Source: Spirochaetia bacterium
Lineage (GTDB): Bacteria; Spirochaetota; Spirochaetia; SZUA-6; Bin103
DNA length: 64,000 nucleotides
Assembly (NCBI GenBank): GCA_965203905.1
Contig: CBDBDQ010000005.1
Location: forward strand, 2,176,001 to 2,240,000
Reading direction: 5' to 3'
Under the pieces are notes generated by a model. That model ran no database searches. It saw nothing but the letters and a program-made list of their open reading frames with translations, and was not told where the DNA came from. Of this stretch, positions 19,331 to 31,414 are shown piece after piece (the first letter of the stretch is position 1; every line of letters starts with the position of its first letter). The position numbers were made by a program, and so were the translations under genes.

Positions 19331-20547
19331 TCATTCGTCGTTACGATCACCAGCGCGACCGGGACAGCATGATTCGCGTCTACCGCGAGGTGGGCTGGCT
19401 GGGCAAGGAGAAAGAGAAGGAACAGCACTTCGACCGGTTCATCCTGGCCGGCCGCACCTTCGTGGCGGAGCTCGACGGTGCCGCCGAGTGCGGGGTGCTG
19501 ATGAACCGCGGCAGCATGCGCTACCAGGAGCGGGAGCTGCCGTTCTCCGCCGTCGGCGCGGTGACCACCAGCCGCGTGGCCCGGCGCCAGGGACTGGCAG
19601 GGCGTACCACCGCCCTGGCGCTGGCCGACGCCACGTTGCGCGGCGCAGCCGTGGCCGGCCTGAGCATGTTCGACCAGGGGTTCTACAACCAGCTCGGCTT
19701 CGGGACCATGGCCTACCACCACGGGGTGATCTTCGACCCGGCTACCCTGCGCGTCCCGGGACGGCCGCGCCCACCGTCGCGCATCACTCCCGACGACGCC
19801 GAGGCCGTTCACCGCGGGCGCCTGTGCCGCCTGCGCCCCCACGGCGGCGTCAACCTGGAGCATCCCGACCTGACCCGTGCCGCGATGGAAGAGGCGGACA
19901 ACGGCTTCGGGCTCGGCTACCGGGAGGGAGAGCGCATCACCCACCACCTGTGGGCCGAGGCCAAGGGAGAGAGTGGCCCCTACGAGGTGTGGTGGCTGGC
20001 CTACGAGACCACCGACCAGTTGCTGGAGCTGTTGGGGCTGCTGCACAGTCTCGGTGACCAGGTGCTCCACGTGTGGCTGCAGGAGCCGCCGCAGATCCAG
20101 CTCCAGGACCTGCTGGAGTGGCCGTTCCGCCATCGTGCCCGCAGCCGCCGCGCCGAGCACGAGCACCGCACGTGGTGCGAGGCCCACTACCAAGTGCGGA
20201 TCCTGGACCTGCCGGCCTGCATCGCCGCGGTGCAGGCGCACAACGAGCTGGCGTTCAACCTGGAACTGCGCGATCCCGTGGCGCAGTTCCTGCCCGAGGA
20301 TGGCTGGCGCGGAATCGGCGGCAGGTACCGCGTGCGGCTGGGCGCCTCGTCCAGCGTGGAGCCCGGCAGCGATCCGGACCTGCCTACGCTGCGCGCCGGG
20401 GTGGGGGCCTTTTCGCGAGTGTGGCTCGGGGTACGGCCGGCCGTGTCGGTGGCCGTGACCGACGACCTCGATGGGCCTGCGGAGCTGCTGGCGGAGCTGG
20501 ATGCCGCTCTGGCACCGCCCGTACCGCACTTCAACTGGGGATTCTGA
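19327..20547 (+). CDS. Eis-like GNAT acetyltransferase, copy 1
   Basis: VTTSRVARRQGLA acetyl-CoA motif, FYNQLGF, SCP2-like C-terminus. Confidence 0.8.
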   Translation: MIIRRYDHQRDRDSMIRVYREVGWLGKEKEKEQHFDRFILAGRTFVAELDGAAECGVLMNRGSMRYQERELPFSAVGAVTTSRVARRQGLAGRTTALALADATLRGAAVAGLSMFDQGFYNQLGFGTMAYHHGVIFDPATLRVPGRPRPPSRITPDDAEAVHRGRLCRLRPHGGVNLEHPDLTRAAMEEADNGFGLGYREGERITHHLWAEAKGESGPYEVWWLAYETTDQLLELLGLLHSLGDQVLHVWLQEPPQIQLQDLLEWPFRHRARSRRAEHEHRTWCEAHYQVRILDLPACIAAVQAHNELAFNLELRDPVAQFLPEDGWRGIGGRYRVRLGASSSVEPGSDPDLPTLRAGVGAFSRVWLGVRPAVSVAVTDDLDGPAELLAELDAALAPPVPHFNWGF

Positions 20548-20550
20548 CAG

Positions 20551-21771
20551 ATGATCATTCGCCGCTACGATCACCAGCGCGACCGTGACAGCCTGCTGCG
20601 CATCTTTCGGGAAATCGGCTGGCTGGGGAAGGAGGAGGAGAAGGAGTCGATCTTCGATGGTTTCGCCAGCGTCAGCCGCGGCTTCGTGGCCGAGCACAAC
20701 GGCGCCGCCGAGTGCGGGGTGCTGATGCACAGCGCCACCATGCGCTACCAGGAGGGCGAATTGCAGTTCGCGGCGGTGGGCGCGGTGACCACCAGCCGCG
20801 TAGCGCGACGCCAGGGGCTGGCCGGACGCACCACGGCGACCGCGCTCGCCGACGCAGCACTGCGCGGGGCTCCGCTCGCCGGTCTGGGGATGTTCGATCA
20901 GGGCTACTACGACCAGCTCGGCTTCGGGACCCTGGCGTACGAGCACTGGCTGACCTTCGACCCGGCGACGCTGCGGGTTCCGGTGCGGGCGCGGCCCCCG
21001 GTGCGCATCTCGGTGGAGGATGCCGAAGCGGCGCACGCCGGCCGGCTGGCGCGCCTGCGCCCGCATGGCGGCCTCAATATGCTCGACCCCACCTTTACCC
21101 GCGTCGGCATGCTGGAGGCGGACAACGGCTTCGGCCTCGGCTACCGCGACGGCGGCCGCATCAGCCACCACTTCTGGGCGCAGGCCAAGGGCGAAAGTGG
21201 CCCGTACGAGGTGTGGTGGCTGGCCTACGAAGATACCGATCAGCTCCTGGAGCTGCTGGCGCTGCTGCACAACCTCTCCGACCAGGTGCACCACGTGGAG
21301 CTCCAGGAGCCGCCGCAGATCCAGATTCAGGACCTCCTGGAGTGGCCGTTCCGCCATCGTTCGCACAGTCGCCGCGCCCAGCACGAGCATCGCATGTCGA
21401 GCGACGCCGGCTCGCAGGCGCGCATGCTCGACCTGCTGGCGTGCATTGCCGCGGTGCGGGCGCGCCGCGAGCTGGCGTTCAACCTGCGGCTGGATGACCC
21501 GGTGGCGCGCTACCTGCCGCCGGATGGCTGGCAGGGCGTGGCGGGAGAATACGTGGTGCGGCTCGGTGCCGCCTCCCGCGCCGAGCGTGGCAGCGACCCT
21601 GCCCTGCCGGTCCTCAGCGCCGGCGTGGGCGCTTTCACGCGGCTCTGGCTTGGGGTACGGCCGGCCGCGTCGCTGGCGGTGACCGACGACCTCAAGGGTC
21701 CGCCGGAGTTGCTGGCGGCGCTCGATGCCGCGCTCGCGCTTCCGGTCCCCCACTTCGACTGGCTGTTTTAG
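20551..21771 (+). CDS. Eis-like GNAT acetyltransferase, copy 2 (tandem paralog)
   Basis: Same length (406 aa), collinear and highly similar to the upstream gene. Confidence 0.8.
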   Translation: MIIRRYDHQRDRDSLLRIFREIGWLGKEEEKESIFDGFASVSRGFVAEHNGAAECGVLMHSATMRYQEGELQFAAVGAVTTSRVARRQGLAGRTTATALADAALRGAPLAGLGMFDQGYYDQLGFGTLAYEHWLTFDPATLRVPVRARPPVRISVEDAEAAHAGRLARLRPHGGLNMLDPTFTRVGMLEADNGFGLGYRDGGRISHHFWAQAKGESGPYEVWWLAYEDTDQLLELLALLHNLSDQVHHVELQEPPQIQIQDLLEWPFRHRSHSRRAQHEHRMSSDAGSQARMLDLLACIAAVRARRELAFNLRLDDPVARYLPPDGWQGVAGEYVVRLGAASRAERGSDPALPVLSAGVGAFTRLWLGVRPAASLAVTDDLKGPPELLAALDAALALPVPHFDWLF

Positions 21772-21848
21772 CCATTGGATAGCGCCACGCCGCTACGCGG
21801 GTGCGGTTCCTTGTCACGCTGCCGGCCCCGCGGGTAGGTTGCCCGGCG

Positions 21849-22877
21849 ATGACCAGCGGCAGGCCACTGATCGCGGTGCTCAACAGCAATCCGCGGGTGA
21901 TGATCGCGGAGGAGTTCGCCCGCTACGAGGATCGCCTGCAGTTTCGCCACCCGCCGGCAGCCGCGCGTGCCGCGGACGTGCGCAATGCGGTCGACGCCGC
22001 CATGGCGCAGGAGCTGCTGGCCGGCGCCGACGGCTGCATCACCTGCTGGGGCAGCCCGCCGCTCAGCGCCGAGCTGCTCGATGCCGCGCCCGAACTGCGC
22101 ATCATCGCCCACGCCGCCGGCACTCTGCGCCCCTACCTGACCCCGGCGGTGTGGGAACGCGACATCGCCGTGGTCAACGCCGCCGGCTCGATCGCCGAGG
22201 AGGTGGCGCAGTACACCGCCGCGCTGATCGTGATCGGGCGCCGTTCGCTGATGGAGCTGGCACCGCAGACGGCGCAGGGGAAGTGGCGCGACGTGCAGTT
22301 GCACCGCCCCTCGTCCGACGTGCGCGGCATCACCGTGGGCATCATCGGCGCCGGCGAGGTGGGGCGGCGCGTGCTGGCGCTGCTGGCACATTACCAGGTG
22401 CGCCTGCTGCTGGCGGACCCCTTCGTCAGCGCCGATCAGGCGTCCGCGCTGGGCGCCGAAAAGCGTGAGCTGGACGAGCTGTTCGCCGAGTCGGACGTGG
22501 TCAGCGTGCACGCCCCCAGCAACGACCGGACGCGCCACATCGTCAACGCCGCGCGGCTGGCGCTGCTGCGCGACGGGGCGATCTTCATCAATACCTCGCG
22601 CGGGCCGCTGGTCGACCAGGAGGCGCTGGTCGCGGAATTGCACCGGCGCCGCATCTGGGCGTTCATCGACGTCACCGATCCGGAACCGCCGCCGCCCGAG
22701 TCGTCGCTCATCGGCTGTCCGCACCTGACGCTGTCGCCGCACGTGGCCGGTGCGATCCACGGTTCCGGCCGCTACCAGTTGCGCTGGGTGCTGGACGAGG
22801 TGGCGCGCCTGTTCGCCGGCGAGCCGCTGTGTAATCCGCAGACCCGTGGCATGGTGGAGATGAGCAGCTTCCGGTAA
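21849..22877 (+). CDS. D-isomer-specific 2-hydroxyacid dehydrogenase
   Basis: GIIGAGEVG, VSVHAP, FINTSRG, DVTDPEP, SPHVAG. Confidence 0.9.
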   Translation: MTSGRPLIAVLNSNPRVMIAEEFARYEDRLQFRHPPAAARAADVRNAVDAAMAQELLAGADGCITCWGSPPLSAELLDAAPELRIIAHAAGTLRPYLTPAVWERDIAVVNAAGSIAEEVAQYTAALIVIGRRSLMELAPQTAQGKWRDVQLHRPSSDVRGITVGIIGAGEVGRRVLALLAHYQVRLLLADPFVSADQASALGAEKRELDELFAESDVVSVHAPSNDRTRHIVNAARLALLRDGAIFINTSRGPLVDQEALVAELHRRRIWAFIDVTDPEPPPPESSLIGCPHLTLSPHVAGAIHGSGRYQLRWVLDEVARLFAGEPLCNPQTRGMVEMSSFR

Positions 22878-22933
22878 CGCGGCGGACGTTGCCGGATATC
22901 AAACGACATTCAAACGACCGAGAGGAGTTGACA

Positions 22934-23680
22934 ATGGCAGATCACAAACCGCCGGTGCTGGGCTACGAAGACACGCCGTTCCTGCCCGACGGCACGTGGC
23001 GGGTGCATGACAAGAACCGCCCGCAGCCGCGGGTGGTGACCCCCGGCGCAGCACCCGGTGCGGCGCCCGCAGACGCGGTGGTGCTGTTCGACGGCAGCGA
23101 CCTGGCGCAGTGGCGGGCGGTGGCCGGCGGGGACGCCGGCTGGCAGGTGAGTGACGGTTACATGGAAGTGGCGCCGGGAACCGGCAACATCGAGACCCGT
23201 GAGCACTTCGGCGACTGCCAGCTCCATCTGGAGTTCGCCTGTCCGGCGCAGGTGGAGGGCAGCAGCCAGGGGCGCGGCAACAGCGGCGTGTTCCTGCTCG
23301 GGCGGTACGAGATCCAGGTGCTCGACGGCTACGACAACCGCACCTACGCCGACGGGCACACCGGCGCCATCTACGGCCAGTATCCGCCGCTGGTCAATGC
23401 CTGCCGCCCACCCGGCGAGTGGCAGAGCTACGACGTCGTGTTTGAGGCGGCCCGCTTCGACGGCGTCCGCCTGGTCAGCCCCGCCTACCTGACGGTGCTC
23501 CACAACGGCCTCCTGATCCACCACCGCCAGGCGGCGCTCGGGCCCACCGGCAACCGCATCCTCGCCAGCTACGACACGCCACACCCACCGACGGGACCGT
23601 TGCGCCTCCAGGATCACCGCAACCCGACCCGGTTCCGCAACATCTGGCTGCGCCCACTGACATCCTACGACGCCGCGTGA
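22934..23680 (+). CDS. DUF1080 / 3-keto-disaccharide hydrolase-family protein
   Basis: LFDGSDL, GNSGVF, YEIQVLD, GEWQSYD, LQDH, FRNIW; SD GAGGAG. Confidence 0.88.
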   Translation: MADHKPPVLGYEDTPFLPDGTWRVHDKNRPQPRVVTPGAAPGAAPADAVVLFDGSDLAQWRAVAGGDAGWQVSDGYMEVAPGTGNIETREHFGDCQLHLEFACPAQVEGSSQGRGNSGVFLLGRYEIQVLDGYDNRTYADGHTGAIYGQYPPLVNACRPPGEWQSYDVVFEAARFDGVRLVSPAYLTVLHNGLLIHHRQAALGPTGNRILASYDTPHPPTGPLRLQDHRNPTRFRNIWLRPLTSYDAA

Positions 23681-23735
23681 CCGGCGTCCCGTCGCCTTGA
23701 CCCGGCGGCAGGGCCGGCGATAGGTTCGCTCCACG

Positions 23736-27089
<3,354 letters not shown>

Positions 27090-27132
27090 CAGTGATTCCC
27101 TGAACACGCGAGTATACGCGGTTGTCAGTTGG

Positions 27133-27603
27133 CTACACCCCAATGCGGCATTTCACGGCTATCGCCGTAGCGAGGTTTTCAAAGTCTCGGTAGCAGTCCT
27201 GCACCGCGTGAATGTGCCCGCCAAGCGCCCCGTCGGCTGCCTTGAGGCGGAACAGACAGTCAGGCCACGCGGAAGAGAGCTTGGCTTCGAATCGAGCCAG
27301 ACCCAGGTCTCCGACGATAAGTCCAAGATCTTCGGTCACTTCCTCGACGTGCGGCTCTGAAACATCGCCAAGACCGCGTAGGATCGGTGACACCGAGCTG
27401 AGGATGCTCTGTGGATGGTTGCCGTCGGGCCACAGCTCCTCCAGCCGATCTTCATCCAGGAACATCGCGGTCAGGTTGGCCTGAGGATCAAGATCGGCGG
27501 CAACGACGGAGTATCCAAGTTCAGCGAACATCCATGACAGATGGTAGCCCAGCGTGGTCTTGCCAACCCCTCCTTTGTTATTGAAGAAGGCGATGCTCTT
27601 CAT
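27133..27603 (-). pseudogene. ParA/Soj-family ATPase with a large in-frame internal deletion
   Basis: FFNNKGGVGKTT, DLDPQANLT; jumps from SSAWPDCL to C-terminal FRLKAADGALGGH; only 156 aa. Confidence 0.75.
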
Positions 27604-28320
27604 GCTTTCCTCCGTATCGTCACCAACACGTGAGAGGGATCGAACGTGAACTCGGCCTCGGGATTGCCGTTTCGACGCAACGCATCTTGCGCGCGGATGA
27701 CACCGCGACCGAAGTGGTTGACATATCCCAGCGTCGCCATCGCCTCGGCGATCACCGGGTTGCGGTAGTCGGTCTGCCGCGGGAAGTTCTCGGGTGACGC
27801 GGTCCCGTACAGGCCGCCCGGATTCTAGATGTCGATGTGATCTTCGTACCAATAGAATTGCACCGGCGCGTTGGACTCGAAAGAGCGGTGCATTATCGCG
27901 TTCAGGAGGATCTCCCGGACCGTGATTCGCGGATAGTCGCTTTCGGACCGCTCGCGGAAGGCCGATTCCGCCACCGGATAAGATTCTATCGAGAGTTTGA
28001 TGAACGTATCTACTTCGCGCAGAACCGAGACCAAATCCCCGGAGAACGCTTTTTCGCTGACCGGATCATCAGCCATTGTCGTGCCTGCCCAACGGACGAA
28101 TTGAACGTAGGAGCCCGCGATCCAACGTCGGGGATCCTTCGCGAATAGCAACACCGCTGCATTCGTTGGACAATCGTCAGCCAAGTCGTAGAACCGGAGC
28201 GATGCCATCTACTCAGGAATGCTGCGCTGGTTCTCCGCGATTATCTCGCGTTCCACAGCTTCCGGAAGGTAGGCGACCGAGAACAGGTCCAGGACGAGAT
28301 CGTCCAGCGTGCAGCCCTGA
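27600..28320 (-). pseudogene. 5'-truncated AlbA/RecG-C-like ATP-binding protein with two in-frame TAG stops
   Basis: PTNAAVLLF, DYP...REILLNAIMHRSF, I*NPGGL, YRNPVIAEAM..LGYV..FGRGV; TAG at 28209-28211 and 27825-27827. Confidence 0.75.
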
Positions 28321-28365
28321 CACGGACGTATGTCGAATGGTCGCAGCAGAGCGCCTCGCCTACCC

Positions 28366-29187
28366 TCAGAAGTGGCGGGGGAACTTGCTGAAGTCGGGCT
28401 TGCGCTTTTCGACGAACGAGTCGCGGCCCTCCTGCGCTTCCGCCGTCTGGTAGAACAGCATGGTGGCCGATCCGGCCAGCTCCTGCAAACCGGCCTGGCC
28501 GTCGCAGTCGGCGTTCATGGCCGCCTTCAGGCAGCGCAGGGCGGTGGGCGAGTGCACCAGCATCTCGCGGCACCAGCGCACCGTCTCGCGCTCCAGCTCG
28601 GCGAGCGGTACGACCGCGTTCACCAGGCCCATATCGAGCGCTTGGCGGGCGTCGTACTGGCGGCACAGAAACCAGATCTCGCGCGCCTTCTTCTGCCCCA
28701 CGATGCGCGCCAGATAGGCCGAACCATAACCGCCGTCGAAGGAGCCCACCTTGGGGCCGGTCTGGCCGAAGATGGCGTTGTCCGCGGCAATAGTGAGGTC
28801 GCACATCACGTGCAGCACGTGGCCGCCACCGATGGCGTAGCCCGCCACCATCGCCACGATCGGCTTCGGGCAGGTGCGGATCTGGCGCTGGAACTCCAGC
28901 ACGTTGAGGCGGTCGTCGCCCCCGGTGTCGCGGTAGCCGGCGTCGCCGCGGATCTTCTGGTCGCCTCCCGAGCAGAAGGCGAGGTCGCCTTGACCGGTGA
29001 GGATGATCACCCCCACATGATGGTCGCGGCGGGCGTCGTCGAGGGCGTGCATCATCTCCTCGACGGTGAGCGGCGTGAAGGCGTTGCGCCGCTCGGGGCG
29101 GTTGATGGTGATCTTGGCGATGCCGTCGGTCTTGGCGTAGAGAATGTCCCGGTAGTCTCCCTCTGCGGTCCAGGTAATTTCACTCAT
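28366..29187 (-). CDS. menB: 1,4-dihydroxy-2-naphthoyl-CoA synthase
   Basis: [43 protein letters not shown]. Confidence 0.96.
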   Translation of the reverse strand: MSEITWTAEGDYRDILYAKTDGIAKITINRPERRNAFTPLTVEEMMHALDDARRDHHVGVIILTGQGDLAFCSGGDQKIRGDAGYRDTGGDDRLNVLEFQRQIRTCPKPIVAMVAGYAIGGGHVLHVMCDLTIAADNAIFGQTGPKVGSFDGGYGSAYLARIVGQKKAREIWFLCRQYDARQALDMGLVNAVVPLAELERETVRWCREMLVHSPTALRCLKAAMNADCDGQAGLQELAGSATMLFYQTAEAQEGRDSFVEKRKPDFSKFPRHF

Positions 29188-29259
29188 GTGGCGCTCCTCT
29201 TGTCGGGGGCAATGTGCCGACCTGAGACTCCCGCGGCAATGCGCGTGATTCGTTGAGCG

Positions 29260-30081
29260 TCAGTCGCGGGAGCCGGTTTCGGCTGCGCGAGCGGAGAACG
29301 GCGTCCTGTGCCTGACGAAGGTGCGGATCAGGCCGGCAACCGCCTCCGGCTGCTCCAGGTGGACCGCATGCGCCGCGCCGGGGCAGACCGCGCTCTCCCA
29401 TGGCGCACCCAGCGCCGCGATGCGGTCGGCGACCGCACGGTACTTGGCGTCATCGGCGCCGGCGATGAACAGCGCCGGGATCAGCAGCCGTGGCAGAGCC
29501 TCCCACAGCACCGGCTGCACGCCGACGCTGAGCCCCCGCATCGCCGCTGCCAGTGAGGCCGGCCGCCCGCGCAGGCGCCGCCGCAACAGGTCGTCGAAGC
29601 GCGGGTGGTGGGGCAGGCTGCCGAACAGCGGCGTCGCGTACCAGCGCTGCAGCCAGGCGGCTAAGGCCGCCCGGTCGCCGGCCGCGGCGAGTTGCCGGGA
29701 CAGCGCTTCGTCACGGCCCAGGCGCTCGGCTCGCGCGGTGGGATCCTCGATCCCCGGGTCGGCGGCGACCAGGACCAGGCCGCGCACCGCCCGCGGGAAC
29801 CGCAGCGCCGTGTACAGCGCCAGCCGCCCTCCCATGGAGTAGCCGACCAGCACCGGCGGCGCGGCCAAGGCGGTGCAAGCGTCGTGCAGGCGCTCACCCG
29901 CCGCCGCGAACCAGCGCGCCGGGCCGCCTCCGGCGTCTGCCGCAATGGGCTGCGCCGCGCCGTGTCCCGGCAGTTCGAAGCAGTTCGCGACCAGCGCCGG
30001 TTCCAGGAGCGTGCGCATCCGGTCCCAGTCCCCGGCCTCTCCGAGGAATCCGTGCACGAACAGCAGTCGCGGTGTTCCCAT
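29260..30081 (-). CDS. menH: SHCHC synthase-like alpha/beta hydrolase
   Basis: HGFLG, GYSMGGRLAL, WY..PLF, G..D.KY, H.VHLE; adjacent to menB. Confidence 0.8.
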   Translation of the reverse strand: MGTPRLLFVHGFLGEAGDWDRMRTLLEPALVANCFELPGHGAAQPIAADAGGGPARWFAAAGERLHDACTALAAPPVLVGYSMGGRLALYTALRFPRAVRGLVLVAADPGIEDPTARAERLGRDEALSRQLAAAGDRAALAAWLQRWYATPLFGSLPHHPRFDDLLRRRLRGRPASLAAAMRGLSVGVQPVLWEALPRLLIPALFIAGADDAKYRAVADRIAALGAPWESAVCPGAAHAVHLEQPEAVAGLIRTFVRHRTPFSARAAETGSRD

Positions 30082-30253
30082 CGGGAACATTGATGGGCGA
30101 CAGGGCCACGCCCTGCAACAACCGTGATCCCGGACTGGCTCGCTCGTTACCGCACCGTGCGGTGGAGTAGAATCACCGCAGCAGAGTAGGGGAGCCGCAG
30201 CCGCTTTCTGGAACGGGAGCGGCGCGGCCACCCGTTGCGAACAGGAGGGATCG

Positions 30254-31414
30254 ATGATCAGGGCAGGTATCGCCGGCAGCGGATTCGCCGCCGAGTTCCA
30301 CGTCGCGGGGCTGGGCGCGTGCCGCCACCTGGAGGTGCAGCCGGCGGCGGTCTACTCACCCACGGCCGCGCGCCGCGCCGCGTTTGCAGCGCGCCATCGG
30401 TTGGCCGCCGCCGCGACCCTGGAGGAGCTGCTCGACCAGGTGGACGTGGTGCACGTGTGCGCGCCGCCGGCGGCGCACGAGGCGATCACCTGCGCCGCCC
30501 TGGCGGCCGGCGTGCACGTCATTCTGGAGAAGCCTTTTACCGGCTGCTTCGCCGCCGCGGACACGCCGCGGGCCGAGATGGAGGCGGCGGCCGTGGCCAG
30601 TGCCGGGCGCATGCTCGCCGCCGAGCGGGCCAGCAGCGGCACCCTGGGCTACGCCGAGAACTGGGTGTTCGCGCCCGCGGTGCAGAAGGAGGCGGAGATC
30701 GTGCGCAAGACCAAGGCGCAACTGCTGCGCCTGATGGGCGAGGAGTCCCACTCCGGCTCCCACTCGCCGGTGTACGGGCAATGGCGTCACGCCGGAGGCG
30801 GCTCACTGGTGGGCAAGGCGTGCCACCCGCTGACGGCTATCCTGTTCCTCAAGGAGGAGGAGGGGCGCGCCCACGACGGCAACCCGATCCGGCCGGCCAC
30901 GGTGAGCGCCCGGGTGCACGCCCTCACCCGCCTGCCCGGGTACCGCGACGCCGGGCACCTGCGCGCCGACTACGAGGACATCGAGGACTGCGGCATGGTG
31001 CACGTGACCTTCAGTGACGGTACCGTGGCCGACGTGTTCGCCTCGGAGGTGGTGCTCGGCGGCGTCTACAACTGGCTGGAGGTGTTCGCCAACAACCACC
31101 GTACGCGCTGCAACCTGAACCCGATCGACGCGCTGCAGACCTACAATCCGCGCGAGGAGCAGTTCGAGGACGTGTACGTGGTGGAGAAGATCGGCACCAA
31201 GCAGGGCTGGTCGCGGCCGGCGCCGGACGAGGACTGGATGCACGGCTATCCGCAGGAACTGGCGCACTTCTACGGCTGTTTCGCCGGCGGGCTGGTCCCG
31301 CAGTGCGGGGCCGAGCTGGGCTTCGTGACCACGGCGGTGCTGTACGCGGCCTATCGGTCCGCCGAGCAGGGGGGAACGGAAGTCCCGGTAGCGGAGTTGC
31401 CGAGCGCGCCGTGA
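30254..31414 (+). CDS. Gfo/Idh/MocA oxidoreductase
   Basis: GIAGSGFAAEFH, VILEKP, GGGSL...CH. Confidence 0.88.
   Translation: MIRAGIAGSGFAAEFHVAGLGACRHLEVQPAAVYSPTAARRAAFAARHRLAAAATLEELLDQVDVVHVCAPPAAHEAITCAALAAGVHVILEKPFTGCFAAADTPRAEMEAAAVASAGRMLAAERASSGTLGYAENWVFAPAVQKEAEIVRKTKAQLLRLMGEESHSGSHSPVYGQWRHAGGGSLVGKACHPLTAILFLKEEEGRAHDGNPIRPATVSARVHALTRLPGYRDAGHLRADYEDIEDCGMVHVTFSDGTVADVFASEVVLGGVYNWLEVFANNHRTRCNLNPIDALQTYNPREEQFEDVYVVEKIGTKQGWSRPAPDEDWMHGYPQELAHFYGCFAGGLVPQCGAELGFVTTAVLYAAYRSAEQGGTEVPVAELPSAP

Noticed and set aside
19327-21771. GNAT duplication as an assembly artefact or a diversity-generating template/variable pair
   Set aside because: The copies differ throughout at synonymous and non-synonymous sites, both are intact, and no reverse transcriptase is present
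27133-28320. Genome-wide TAG recoding
   Set aside because: Several intact genes end in TAG (4008, 21771, 57372) and the affected gene is also 5'-truncated
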